Assembly: GCA_000320545.1 (NCBI GenBank)
Contig: ADNK01001134.1
Coordinates: forward strand, 17,229 to 81,228
Reading direction: 5' to 3'
DNA from: Bigelowiella natans CCMP2755
Lineage: Eukaryota; Protista; Cercozoa
DNA: 64,000 nt
Shown piece by piece: positions 37,380 to 50,220 of the stretch. The number at the start of each line of letters is the position of its first letter. The first letter of the stretch is position 1. A program made the position numbers and the translations under genes. Below the pieces are notes generated by a model, which had not been told where the DNA came from, searched no databases, and worked only from the letters and a program-made list of their open reading frames with translations.

Positions 37380-37998
37380 TCAAGCAAAAGTAAACTTAGA
37401 GGTCTGCTGCATTTCTGAAAGATTGTTGAACAATTTGGTGTCGGCTTATTGAATTGTGTAATCATGGCAAATGGCCAAAATCTTTGCGAGAAGCAGCTGC
37501 ATTGAATGCTGATAAGTATATGAACCATAATGTGCTTTACCTCGGGGATGTAATCAAAGTACATCGCATATTGGTGGAACAATCCGGACCTTTAATAAAC
37601 CAAACCACATCATAATGAACGACTGCTTATCAAAACCACCGGAATCTGCAATGTTCTCTCTTATTTGTTTTTAATTAGAATAAATTGATTTGTATCTTAA
37701 ACCTTTGTGCGTAGGTATTCCTGACACCTAGCTTCTGGAGCTCGTTCCACGTATACACTGTCGCCATACCTTTCACGGGTAAATAATATCAATGCACGAG
37801 ACAGCCAAAATGATGATGCTGAAGAAGAAGAAGATGAAGCAGATGATGAAGTTGACAGCTTCTAATTCTAATGACAGATCTCATTATCACCCCCATCACT
37901 GCAATGACTCATAACAGATCTCACTATCACCACCATCATTGCAATGACCTGGGAACTCAGACTTTTCCCACAGCATTGCAACTGGGCCAAGCTGTAAT

Positions 37999-38036
<38 letters not shown>

Positions 38037-38376
38037 CGTTTCAGAAGAAGCTAATATCAGCTGCCTCATCTCTACCCTATAAACGCCCTTACTTAGCGCT
38101 CAACCAAAACAAACAATGGGCTCACTAAACAACCCACCGCTATGAAATCATGGTTGTAGGGCGATATCAAGCTCAGATGGTGTTGACGCTGCATCATGGT
38201 GATGCCGCTGTCTCCTTCCTCGTCCCCCTCCTCATCGCCCTCGTTTCTTCCCAAATCTCCTGCTTTCTCTGTTCGGGTGCTCCGCTCCGCCGCAGCTAGA
38301 GATATGTTTGCGTAGAAAGAGAGGTCTTGAGCGCTTGGAGAGGCATGCAGCTCAATGTCGTGGTTTCCTTCCTAAT

Positions 38377-38412
<36 letters not shown>

Positions 38413-40622
38413 CAGGAGAATGGACGATGGGGGATGGATCGACCGGGGCATGAAACACTGAAATTGAGAGAATCATTCACATCGTCGTCAAAGCAACTAT
38501 GATTGCCTTAAGGAGCGAGGACGCTACTACTCAATGAGGTTGATTGGTTGTGATCATGCATGGGGAGCGTCTACTTATATATAAATCTATATAATATTTC
38601 TAAACCTGAGGAAAGGCATCTGTGAGATCTAAGATAGGGCTCACAAGAACAGTAGCAGCCGGCATGTAGACACCTCGGCTACATATCATATACGACGAAA
38701 AACAAAAACAAAAAAATCAAAAAATCAAGAAGAAAATCAAGAAAGGGGCGAGAACAGCCATAGCCTATAACAGAAGCAGCAGCAGCATCAACAACAACAA
38801 CAACAATAGCACTACTACTACTACTACTACTACTACTATACATCGACTGCTACGAATACAGAATTCCTACTTACTTCCGAAGGCGGAGGAGAGATGAAAA
38901 GGCCACGTTCCCTCCCAATCCGCTGCCAAAGAAAACAACCTTTTTGGGTTGCTCGAGGAAGAATTTCGCTCTGAACACCTTCACGAAGTCTTGGTAGCTT
39001 GACTATTTTACGACGACGACGCGCAATAGAAATGCATTTAGCAAGAAAGTAATAATTAGGATATATGTGCTGCTACTGGTACAACATGAGGATAATGTGA
39101 GTAAAGGAACATCGACGACGAGGCGGACAGGTAGTATGATGATGAAAATTATGAAAAAGCAGGAATGAACCCTCTACTCGTAACGAGAATGAATATGTTT
39201 GTATTATCAATAGCTGTATTGCTCGCAGGTATTATATAGCCGCCGACTTGGACGTTGCTTATCGCTTTCAAAACGACAAACGAAGGCTTTTATATTACTG
39301 TGATTGGGTGGAGGGGAGGCTGGCGAAAGTGCACGGCTAGCACTCGCATTTTCCAAAAATGTGCCAAGGCGCAGGGTACGGAGAGACGATGCGACTCCAA
39401 CCTCTCAGAAAAGCTACTGCTACCACCTGATATTAATTCGGAAAAACGTTCAAAAATTAAAAGAAGGCTATGGCCGAATGATGGCAAAGTAGATCGATAG
39501 TGAGAGAGAAATTAGGAGAGGATTGTAGAAATAAATGCAAAATCAACAAGTAGGAGGACTGTGACATGGAACGAATGATAGGTGTATAGAAAAATATTTA
39601 ATTATTTCCAAAAACATTCTACCATCTTCTACGAAGCCCCCTCCGTGTGCGTACATTAGGGTTGGCGACTCAGTGTCGTTCTTGGTAGTATTCGGCAACC
39701 GTAGTTATTAATAAGAAATCATACACATTTATCAGTTGAGCGGTAACCGTTTGCAATGTTTATCTGATGCGACTGTGTATGCGTATGTTTGTGTGTGTGT
39801 GTGTGTGTGTGTCTAATCAGCGATCTTCCGTTTGCAAAAGCATCCAAGGGGATTAGCAATGCTAGAATCTGCTGTACAGAAACAATTCGATAGAGTGATG
39901 ATCATAGCATCATCTTCTCTCACTGATGCATATCAACGCACCTGGTTTTTGCCACCACCACCTGTAGTAGCTGTGACCCATGTTACATCGACTCCTTCAA
40001 TGACACTCGCAACTGCCTCGCAGGTATATCCACTCGTAGGTTTATTGGGATGAGTACCATCGCTCTCAGAACGTGACTGCTGCTGCTGGGGAGGGGGGGA
40101 AGAGGAAGAGTACACGTTGTACTTCCCAAATGTTTGAGTAAGCGCGCGTTGTTGTTGACGATCGAGATGTTGTCCCCCCTCCTCGTGCACAGTTGCTGCT
40201 GCAGAGACGCCCTCCATTGTTTTAGGAGTCAACCCAGAGAAGATTCCATATCGAATCCCCATTTTTATCACCGCTGCCTCCGGAGATATTTCTAAAGTAA
40301 GAAGGCGGAGTGCAGAGATTTAGCTCATTGTTATTCTATTACTCGGGATTGTGTACACTTGTACGACGTTTACCTTGGCCGAGAAACGGAAACACGCGGA
40401 ATACAGTCGACCCAATCCGCACATATGCGCGCATTTGCTGGGCCTCAGGCAGTAGAACGGCGTATATGATAGCGAGGAGTGCTACACATGCTGCAGGGAC
40501 CCAGGTTACGAACTAGAAAGCAAGATCGGGAACAGCAGCACATTAGAGTGTGTTAGGCGACGATCACGTTAGGGCGACGATGACGACGATGACGACGTGC
40601 TTGTATCTACATTCACCTTCAT
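37380..40622 (-). CDS. HSL-family alpha/beta hydrolase (Abhydrolase_3-like) with N-terminal signal/anchor and no canonical nucleophile Ser; 3' end approximate
   Basis: Exons: MK|FVTWVPAACVALLAIIYAVLL; EGVDVTWVT; GGSSSF..SHR..CALA..RVLAVHFRQPPLHP; VVFFGSGLGGNVAFSSLLRLR|NRGVYMPAATVLVSPILDLT; LISPYNHD; LGPVAMLWEKSE; GLFHQY..YIPE. Confidence 0.75.
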
Positions 40623-41032
40623 GATTTCCAATGTATGGATGCACGAGGAGGGAATAGTTTCGTCAATGCGAAAGAGAGACAGGGAATCCCCCCCCACAAA
40701 GTAATCTGATGTTGTACAGTTCCTTTCTTAGACGGAGGAGGCGGAGTCCCCTTCCCTCTGCCGACGGGCCGATTTGACGTAGATGTTGGTACAAGTTCAT
40801 TCACACATATCGTTTTCTCCCTGCGACAATGCATTTTCCTTGTCGCCAATACCAAGAGTCATGGAGGATGTCGCAATCGCAAAATACCCTGTGAATTTTG
40901 TCCTGCGATAATCTGAAGCATCTGTCGCGACTGAGGTGAAAGTGAAACTAACGCAGCTATCAGCGATCAGCAGCGTCGACTGGAATTATCCGCCTCCACC
41001 ACGGATCACGATCACGATAGGGAATCCTCGCT

Positions 41033-42557
41033 ATGATTAGCGATGACGGTATCAGCGCTTACGAGCGCCAGCGGCTGGAGAACATACGCCGGAATGAAGA
41101 CATGCTCAGAAAGTAAGTCTCTTGCCACGATCATTCTTGAGACGGCATAGGAAGCCAGAACGCCCCTGATTGGACGCCGTTTGACGATAATGTATCTCCA
41201 GATTGGGCCTTCATGTTGAGTCGTTTTCCACGGCTGTGGCTGGCTATAACCGAGGAGGGCATCCAACATCGGGGAAGTCATCTTCTAGACCGCAAAAGAA
41301 GAAGACCTCTAAGAAGGTAACAGAAAGTAGATCATATTGCAAATTTCGGTGGCATTAGAAGATCAACCATTCTTTACTGCATCTCTCTCTCTCCCTCTCT
41401 CTCTTTGAAATCGCATATGCGCCACGTTATACCTTACCCTCGGCAGAGAGGAGGAGGAGCATATCTCAAACAACCACAAGATAGATCAAAGATAGGAGGT
41501 AAATGACACTCATCCGGTGACATGCTGTTTCCGCTGCATGATGACTCTTGGCCAGAACAACACACCAATACGATATAATTCTGTGGATTGTAGTGAATCT
41601 TGTTGTTGGCTGGCGTGAATTAGGGAGCCGGAGATCCTTGAGGCTTTTGGGAATAAAAGCAAAGCCTCAGGTGGTGTTTAGATTGTTAGCAGTCATTGTT
41701 AATTCAGACAAACACGACGATATACAAACACCGAGTATGTACAGAAAATTGAGAGAATACAGAGAATTAAGGGCGATATGGTCGAATTATGTCACACACG
41801 AATGTAGATTATTACTTCTCGACGATCATGCTCTCTGTTTTAATCCCCCCCCCCCAAAAAAAGAGTGAGGCGGACGTTGCTTTGTTGGACTCTCTCGATG
41901 AGGAAGTAGATGAAGACGGAAGCAACCATAGCAAGAAAAGATATCGCCCGCAACAACAACAACAACATTATTCTCACTTGAATAAAAAGAAGAAAACCAC
42001 CAAGGAACCTAAACCAAGGCCACCCCCAGCCAAAGATTCATCAAGGTAAAAGCAAACCACGTGTAACGATAACGATGCAGCTGAACATAATCAACACTGG
42101 AAAAAACGCAAGAAGAAGAACAATAATCATAATCATGGTAGCATGACGATGTTCATATTTTTGTTGGAGCAGCAAGTAAGTTTGCTACCAACACACCAAG
42201 TGTGCCAAGGAGAGTCTCAAATCGAGGAATCCTCAATGCTTATTGATGTTGTCCTTTTCGTCGTTGCACAGGGCCCTTGACGTGGATTTAGATAATTTAC
42301 AGCAGAACTACCTTGGAAAACCGGTAGTAGCATGATTGCCCTGACATGTGAGATGGTGATGGTGTTAGTAAAGAAGATGTGCCAACCGCGCCACCATCAT
42401 TATCTCATTACAACCCACTGTGTGGATCAGTGCGGTAGGCTAAAGCGCGAGGTAGTGTCTGTTTTGCATCCTCAGAGTATGCACGTCAGATTCTCCAAAT
42501 ACTCCGGCATTTTAGGTGCTGCTGGTTCCCTGCCCTCACTGTAACTTGGCGATGATA

Positions 42558-42589
<32 letters not shown>

Positions 42590-42755
42590 AGTGAATGATT
42601 ACGGTGGTGGTGATGAGGATAATGGTCGCGTGTGCTTGGAATAAGCTGATTGTTCTTCGCTGAGCGGATATGGTCAAAGTTGTTGCTTGATTGAGGACTC
42701 ATTGATCGAAACTACTTACTGAGTTGACTGGTTTTTTTTGCTTTTCTCCCCCGCC

Positions 42756-42806
<51 letters not shown>

Positions 42807-44220
42807 CTTTCGGTCTTCCCTGCATACTTGCATCAACATGTCGTTATTGTGGCGGCTCCTTGTTGATTCGTGTCGATGTATGATGGGTCCAGAATGGAAG
42901 AATGCCATAGTGCTATGGGTCATACTACTAACGCTCTTTTGCCTTCCTCACTTCACTCATTAGATTCATAGATTACTAATGCTAATGTTAATGATGATGA
43001 TGATAATGATGATGATGATGATATCGATGGTGATGATCTCGATGGTGGTGGAGGTGATGCATATTTTATCTTTTGCCATCATGTTAATAAATGCACATAT
43101 CATCCTCCCTTACAGGTCAATATATACGGGGATAGTTACAAAAATCTCTTCTTGGAGAATGTGCGTCAATGATGATAATGACAATAACGATGACGACGAC
43201 GGCGATGATGATGATGATGATGATTCAATGTATTTTTACATCATATGAAGACAACTCATCAGACACGTTCTCAGTTACACATATGATATGCATTTATCAC
43301 GTATTTATAGCAATGCTAATGAGCGCCACCACACTGTGTATTCATTGCTACGGCTGTTCGAATTAAAGCAGCATCATCATCGTGATCGGTTTTCCCTACC
43401 ACAATGGTGATGATAATAACAACAATAATAATATTATAAACCTGCATCAGGGGCGACAGCTCACGTGGTTCGGACAATCGAGACAGACAGAAGAAACACC
43501 CGTGAGTCGTACAAGAGAGAGGAAAGAGGGGGGGGGGGTTATAAAAAGGAAGAAAAAGAAGAGAGAGGGCGAAAGAGCAAAGGTGAATGGTTGGATTTTC
43601 AATTGAGTAGATTGAGTAGTAATGTTGGTAGAAGGATATGGTGATGTTGATGTAGTAGACAATTCCCTTCTTTTGAATGTTCCTTCTAATGCTCCTACCA
43701 CTGTAACTCCTTTCAATTTTTAGTCACATTCATTCATCGTTGTCTTTGTTATTCCATGCTGATGTATCCTTTCTCCTTCTTCTCCTTCTCCTTCTTCTTT
43801 TCCTCCTTCTTCCTTTCCTCCTTCTTCTTCTTCTTCTTCTTCTTCTTCTTCTTTTTGTCGTTTATTTTTATTTTTCTCCTTTCCTCCTCCTCATCCATCT
43901 GATCTTCTGCTTCTTCTATGCAACCACCACCTCATCAAACCTTAGGTAATTCGTAAGATGATTCCCTCAACCCCCCCTTCGTTGGATGAAGGAAGCTGTC
44001 GCACTAAAGTAGCGAAGGAGGAGGGAAAACAAGAAGGAGGGAAGATGTTACCAGTGTTACTACTCTGCCGACTGGAGGGGGGAGACTATATCTATTGCGG
44101 ACGTTTGAAGTACTAGCTACTAGACGCATAATATTAGAATATAATTCAAGTCATAATCGCGCTACGAATGTAGCGTATTGTCAACAGCACGTCCTTTCGC
44201 CGAATTACGTCGCATTAGTT

Positions 44221-44255
<35 letters not shown>

Positions 44256-44761
44256 TATCACTGTTATTGTTGTAATTGTTGTTATTGTTATCATCCACCA
44301 CACGGTCTTCTTTGTGTATCACTACATCGTATCGTGCTCGTACAAACATAACAATAACGCCATCAAGGAGGAGGAGGAGGAGGAGGAGGGGGGGGGAGAG
44401 GAGGAAGAGCAAGTAATTGAAGAAACGATGATCGGTATGTGGTTTCGATGATTCTCACAGGTATCTTGCTCATGATCCAACCAAGCTGCCGCTGCGTTTC
44501 GTGTGGGAACTTGCCTCCCACCAGCAGCTGACTAAAAAGAACAAGAAAGGGGGGGGGGGGAGGAAAAAGAACAAGATTAAGAGAGGTGATGGAGCGTGCA
44601 ACCATGATGATCTTTCACCGCATCGTTCAAATATGTGTTTTAATGAATCAATCAACGAGTGAATAAATGATGAGATATATACACCGAATCATCTGTCTGA
44701 CCCATGTACAAGGGGATAATGACGATACTTATATATACATATATGTAATATAATATATGTG

Positions 44762-44805
<44 letters not shown>

Positions 44806-44816
44806 GACATTTATGT

Positions 44817-44853
<37 letters not shown>

Positions 44854-45005
44854 CGTGTGTGTTTATGTGAGCAGAAAAAGGAAATGATGATACCGATGAT
44901 GATGATGATGATGATACCGGCACTTCTGGAGATGACTACTTCATGGGTCTTGTGAGAGAGTCAGAAGCGATCGCTGGCAGTCTCTATTCTAAGAACGTGC
45001 AGTAA
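41033..45005 (+). CDS. Protein with N-terminal YERQRLENIRRNEDMLRKLGL helix, basic linker and C-terminal DUF3427/SRA-like domain; about 14 exons
   Basis: Exon 1 (41033-41112) and exon 2 (from 41202) give the helix. RRSLRL follows, then RFSKYSGIL|EWKNAIVLW|VNIYGDSYKNLFLEN|GRQLTWFGQSRQTEETP|VIRKM..VLLLCRLEGGDYIYCGRLK|YLAHDPTKLPLRFVWEL. Middle and last exons are tentative. Confidence 0.7.
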
Positions 45006-46512
45006 TATCACGATGTCGCATTTACGAGTGAGAATATTTCGATTATGTTAAGTCCAATAATCTATCCTCATTGAATGATGTCGAGGGTTGTCCGGCCATG
45101 TAATTTGTATCACAAATATATGCGGATTGCCCTTCAAGTAGAAATTGTAGTAATGCTTTCTGTGACAAACCACAGTGCACGACACGTCTAGACATGACCA
45201 CAGCACCACCATGCTATCTGCTAATAACAGATGGTGAGCATGAAATTGCAGCATTGAATGAACAAAATGCCAAATTGACAGCTATGCAAGCGGTTGCGTC
45301 TGTGACTGAAGCATCTGTCGTTTTTATTTGCTATTTCCCCAACCCATCCTCCATGTAGAATAGCCATATAATCATACTTCATATATTCACTAACCTACTA
45401 ATAAATTATACTACTCCTTTTCATATATTTTATCGTCCTAGGGCAATTTAAGGACTAAAAGCCGTCGTAACAGCTTTATTTAGACTTTATTTATTATATA
45501 ATAATTGCTGTTAGTATTCTTATTTCCCCATTTGCGTTTCTTCGCAAATCTTACTTATCGTTTTTCAGAATACATTACTCGCACTTCACATATCTTATAA
45601 TGTGAGATATCTTTGAATACTATGGACATGTGTGCAGAGCACATGAGCAATGCGATGAGGCTGTGACGACCTCCCCGATGGACCCACCTAGCCACCCACC
45701 ATGTGCTAGGAGCAATGCTTGCAGACTGTTTGAACACGTGCGCAGACCGCCAAGATGGTGAGAGGACAATGCAGTTTGAATGCCGTGATGAAATTGCCAG
45801 CTGTCATCACGTGCATGCTAGCATGGACTGCCTTGGAACAATGCAATATTTTGCCAAAAATCGTACACCACAGTTTCCACTACGTGCAATCTTCATTGCG
45901 AAACATTTTCTTATGATGCGATATAGTCACGCATATAAGTACGCAGGCCGCGCAGTCAAATGATGCCATATGCAATCTAGCGCACAAGCTAGTAAGGCTA
46001 GAAGGCCCAACGAGCCACACCAGCACTTTAATAATAGTGTTCCACAAACAATTCATGGCACAGCATCTAAGATCATTAAGGACGACTGACTGCAGGATGT
46101 ATCTACTAGGTATATGTCGATTAGCGGCTAGCGGCGTCTATGTAATCGTGCGCGCGCACATGTGTAGATGCACATCCTACAGCATGTGTGTCCTACGTTT
46201 GTTACATTTGTTTATCGATTAGATTGAACTTTTCCATTAGTCGATCACTTGTGCACGTGAGAGTGCGCTCATAGCATGTGCACCAGACCGCATTCGCCTT
46301 TGAGCCTTGTTACTTTGCCACCGTGCGCGACCGATTGGATAACTTACAAAGCTGCAGAAGATAATCCAACGTGTTCGAGCTACGATTCAAATGCTCACAT
46401 CTTCCGATCTCTACGGAAAATTCGGTAATTTATATACCAGTTCTCATATGCAATGGCTTTGCATAGGAAAGGCACTCTTTCACATCATTTGGCTTACGTC
46501 AACCACCTCTTT

Positions 46513-47529
46513 TTACAGTTGTGTTCCAGAGGATGAATAAAGAATATATAATGCTATAAGTCCAATGACAACTGGCACTGCTGTGACGCCCCATACAGCA
46601 GCTACTCCGCCGATATCTCTCGGGGTCAAAGACTGTGTAATAACGGCCACACAAGAAGACAGATGCGGGAAGTTGTCAGTCGGGAAACTTGCTAGAAGAT
46701 AATACATATGTGGGAACAAAATATGTGTAAATCATGGTGTCACCTTTTCTTCCTCGACAAATTCTCTCCCCTGCTCCATAGCTGATATTTTCTTCATTTT
46801 CTTCGTTTTGTCTTCGGGGTTCACCATGGGCATCTGCGCCAGCTCCGTGGCAAGCAATCTAAGCGAGTCTCGGTCCCTTGGAATTGTCTGCTTCTCGATA
46901 ATTTCTTCTAGTGCGGAAATCATGCCGTTCCTTTCTTCGCTGTTGTCTTCTCTCTCATCCTCATAAGTCATCTGTGCTGCATCCTTTGCATCAAGGCCAG
47001 CCATGAGAACAAGCTTTAGCTCGACTGGGCCCATATCTCGCTCCGATCGAAATTCCTTTAGTTTTCGTACGACGTATTGGAAAGCTTGCTGGTCAAGCTT
47101 TTCGTCGTCTTCTGTCCGTACAACTTCGAAATCGGTTCTCTCTTCGTCAATGCTTGGTAGGCCCATCTCCGCCCATTCCTTGTCTGAGATCTGCATTTTC
47201 TTTTTGAACTCTTTCATGCTCTCAGGGTCCAGGTCGGAAAAATCTCCCATAGGCATCTCATCTTCACCCCACATGCTGTTCGTTCTATGGAGCAGTCTGA
47301 GCCTTCGTGGCCCCCCTCTGTGCATACCCCACCCTGATGGCGACCTGTCCTGCCTCCCAGATACGCTACGGGAAGGTGGAATATCGGAAACAGAGACGGG
47401 CGCAACCCTTCGAAGTGATGTGGCAAGATAAGGACGGGAGCGGCATAAAGTGCTTCTTCGTCCTTGCACAGCAGGCCGTGCACTTGCACTAAGAACCACA
47501 AGAGCCCCGAGGAGCCTAAGAGCCGCCAT
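46513..47529 (-). CDS. Y3IP1: Ycf3-interacting protein 1 (Y3IP1/CEST) homologue, photosystem I assembly factor, bipartite presequence, 2 exons
   Basis: RDMGPVELKLVLM, ALEEIIEKQTIPRDRDSLRLLATELAQMP and the C-terminal TM WGVTAVPVVIGLIALYILY parallel plant Y3IP1 motifs as recalled. N-terminus is MAALRLLGALVVLSASA plus an Arg/Ser-rich transit-like region. Confidence 0.8.
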
Positions 47530-47723
47530 TCGCTGAATAGGGAGATTTTTTGGAGATTCAATCACAGGTTTGTCTCTCTCTTAAAACTCTTGCTCAGTTT
47601 ATCCTTGTCGCATACTCAAAGTCACCTTCTCTCCATCATAGCGACTGTCAGGAGCATCGATGCAGCCAACAACCCGGACAACAATCATTACAACAACGGG
47701 TCGGAAGAGCAGCCAGGAATGGA
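47530..47723. promoter_or_regulatory. Putative bidirectional promoter Y3IP1/DUF1214
   Basis: Only 194 bp between the two divergent ATGs. Confidence 0.55.
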
Positions 47724-49338
47724 ATGAGGCTTACTGTGAGCATCCTCCTCGCTGTGGTTGCAGCTGTGCTGCTTCCTATGATAGCACAGTTGTCGAACAA
47801 CAGGATTCTGGTGGGTAAAGGAAGACATCGTGTGTGGTTCTTTCTTTGTTCCTGAAGCTGCGATTAATTAACTGGTGACATGCTACTGGCCTTCTCTCAT
47901 GAATGTGTCGGCTTATACAACCTTAGCCTGAGAAGCTCGCCATTGCTGTAGATCTGATGGGGTAAAGAGCAAGATAAAATCTGAGAAATAGGGAGATATA
48001 CTTTACGATTCTAGTTGGGGAGTGGACTAGTTCGTAGACATTATTCAACGATGATGGCTATACTTTAGCTGATTTCAAATTCGGAATTGATACCAAATAC
48101 ATATTATTTCTGTAGTTGAACATTTTGAAGATATATTTCTCGGAAAACGAACGACGAGCAGCTTGCAATTTGTCATAGATGTGTGTTGTATTCTCTCGTC
48201 AATGCACCCAACAAAATGTTTTTTGTTATCACCATCGTTGCCGTCATCACTATTACGTTCATCCAAATCGCCACTGCCATCGTCATCATCATCATCATCA
48301 TCATCATCATCACCATCACCATGACCAATGTTGCATCATCGTTTTTCGCTCAGGTGGGATGGTTTGATGAATGTCACAAGAGAAAACATCGCAACTAGAC
48401 TCCTTGGGCACAAGAAGACCTCAAGGTTAAGCAGACAGAAACAGCACTTGGAGTGTTGTCTTTGTGTGTAACCCTTCTTTTCTCTCTCCTTTCCCCTCTT
48501 TTTGTAGTATTTTATGTTTGAATCTCAACCCCACAGCGTTGTTATTGTACTGAAAACTATAAGAAGTCTTGAAAAATACTACATACAGTCGGGAAGCATA
48601 CCACTCGCTACTTAATACTCTTGCAGAGGTGATTATCCTCCTCCTCCTCCTCCTCCTCCTCATTCTAATAAATCGCAGTGCTATCATCGCCCTGTTATAG
48701 GAAAGGAAAAACCTAAGGCGTGCGGGGGGGAGAGAGAGCTAAGATTCATACGTGCTTATATGTACTTAGAAAACTATGTGCATGCTTTTTGCGTAAATAA
48801 CAGGTGGATTTGAAGTATTTGGGTCCCGAGAGAGCGGTACCTAACACTAGCACAGCACCAATATTAGAATATAAGCAGCGGTCGGTCGATGAGCAGCACA
48901 AAGAGAGGAAAAATAATGAATGGAGTGCTAAAATTTGACGTTGAGCGAGAGGACAAACACCCAACAGATAGCGAAGAATAACAGAAAATCCTATTGGTTA
49001 AAGGTTATAAGTCCCGATGATATTGCGGAGGGCCATAGGTAAACAAATCAAAGGCACCATCGTTATCACTTATAGCTAAAAATAGTCTACTTCTCATATT
49101 ATATGCATGGTACTGCTTGGTGTGAACGACCCTCTTTGTAGTATTTTTGAGCGGTGTTTACACACACACACACACACGCACTGAAACAAATACCGCATTT
49201 ACGATTCTTGATATCAATGGGGGCACCATTTGCCCCTCCTCCTCCTCCTCCTCCTCCTCAGAATGATCAACCACCTGCTTCGGACAGGTACTTGCGCGCG
49301 CTCTCGCTATCTCTCACGCACTCTCTCTATTATAATGC

Positions 49339-49388
<50 letters not shown>

Positions 49389-49520
49389 ATATATATATGA
49401 ATTCACGGCAGCGAAACATAACATCACGCTTTCTTATTCTTGGCATTTTGTGGTGTCAGGAATGGAGTTTTATGTGGAACAAAGCCCGAAACATCCCAAA
49501 CTGAGGCGATATGTGAGATC

Positions 49521-49559
<39 letters not shown>

Positions 49560-50186
49560 CACGCACGAGAAGACAGAGAGCAGCAGGTTTGGAAGAGGGG
49601 GGTTGGTGGGGGAGATCGAGCTTCTTCTGTTTCTCTCTCCTTTGCTGTTTATTAAGCAATGCGTGTTATCATCTGGCACCCTCAAAGATGTGGTACGGGA
49701 TGGGTATTTAAGCACTAAAATTGAATGATTCGCATCGAAGGTTTCTCCGACCCGAAAGCTCATGGGGGACAATCCAGGTAGTAGTGTGAGATTGGATTGT
49801 AATGCTGCTGCTGCTGCTGCTGCTGCTAGTTATGCTGATGATGATGTGCGTGGACTTTTCTCTCGACGTTAAAGCACCAAACAAGGCAGATGGGTATTGA
49901 GGAATTAGTAGCAGTGGTTATCTTTCACCATCACCATCGTCATCATCATTATCATCATCATCATCATTCCTCTCCTTTATTATTGATGAGTCCTCCCCTT
50001 ACTGTTAGTTTTCCTATATTATATTCATACACGTGCTTGCTGACACCTTCCTTCGCTGACCACACACGTAGACGCTCTGTACTACTTTGCTCCAATCGAC
50101 ATCCAAGCCACGTCAAACAAAGGGTGGAAATCAACAGAAAAGGGGAGAAGAACGAGGGGGGGGGGGGAGGGGGGGAAGGGAATGTA

Positions 50187-50220
<34 letters not shown>

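Noticed and set aside
41012-41281. Minus-strand 89-aa ORF
   Set aside because: It is antisense to exons 1-2 of the helix/DUF3427-like gene, which has good splice sites and a recognisable motif.
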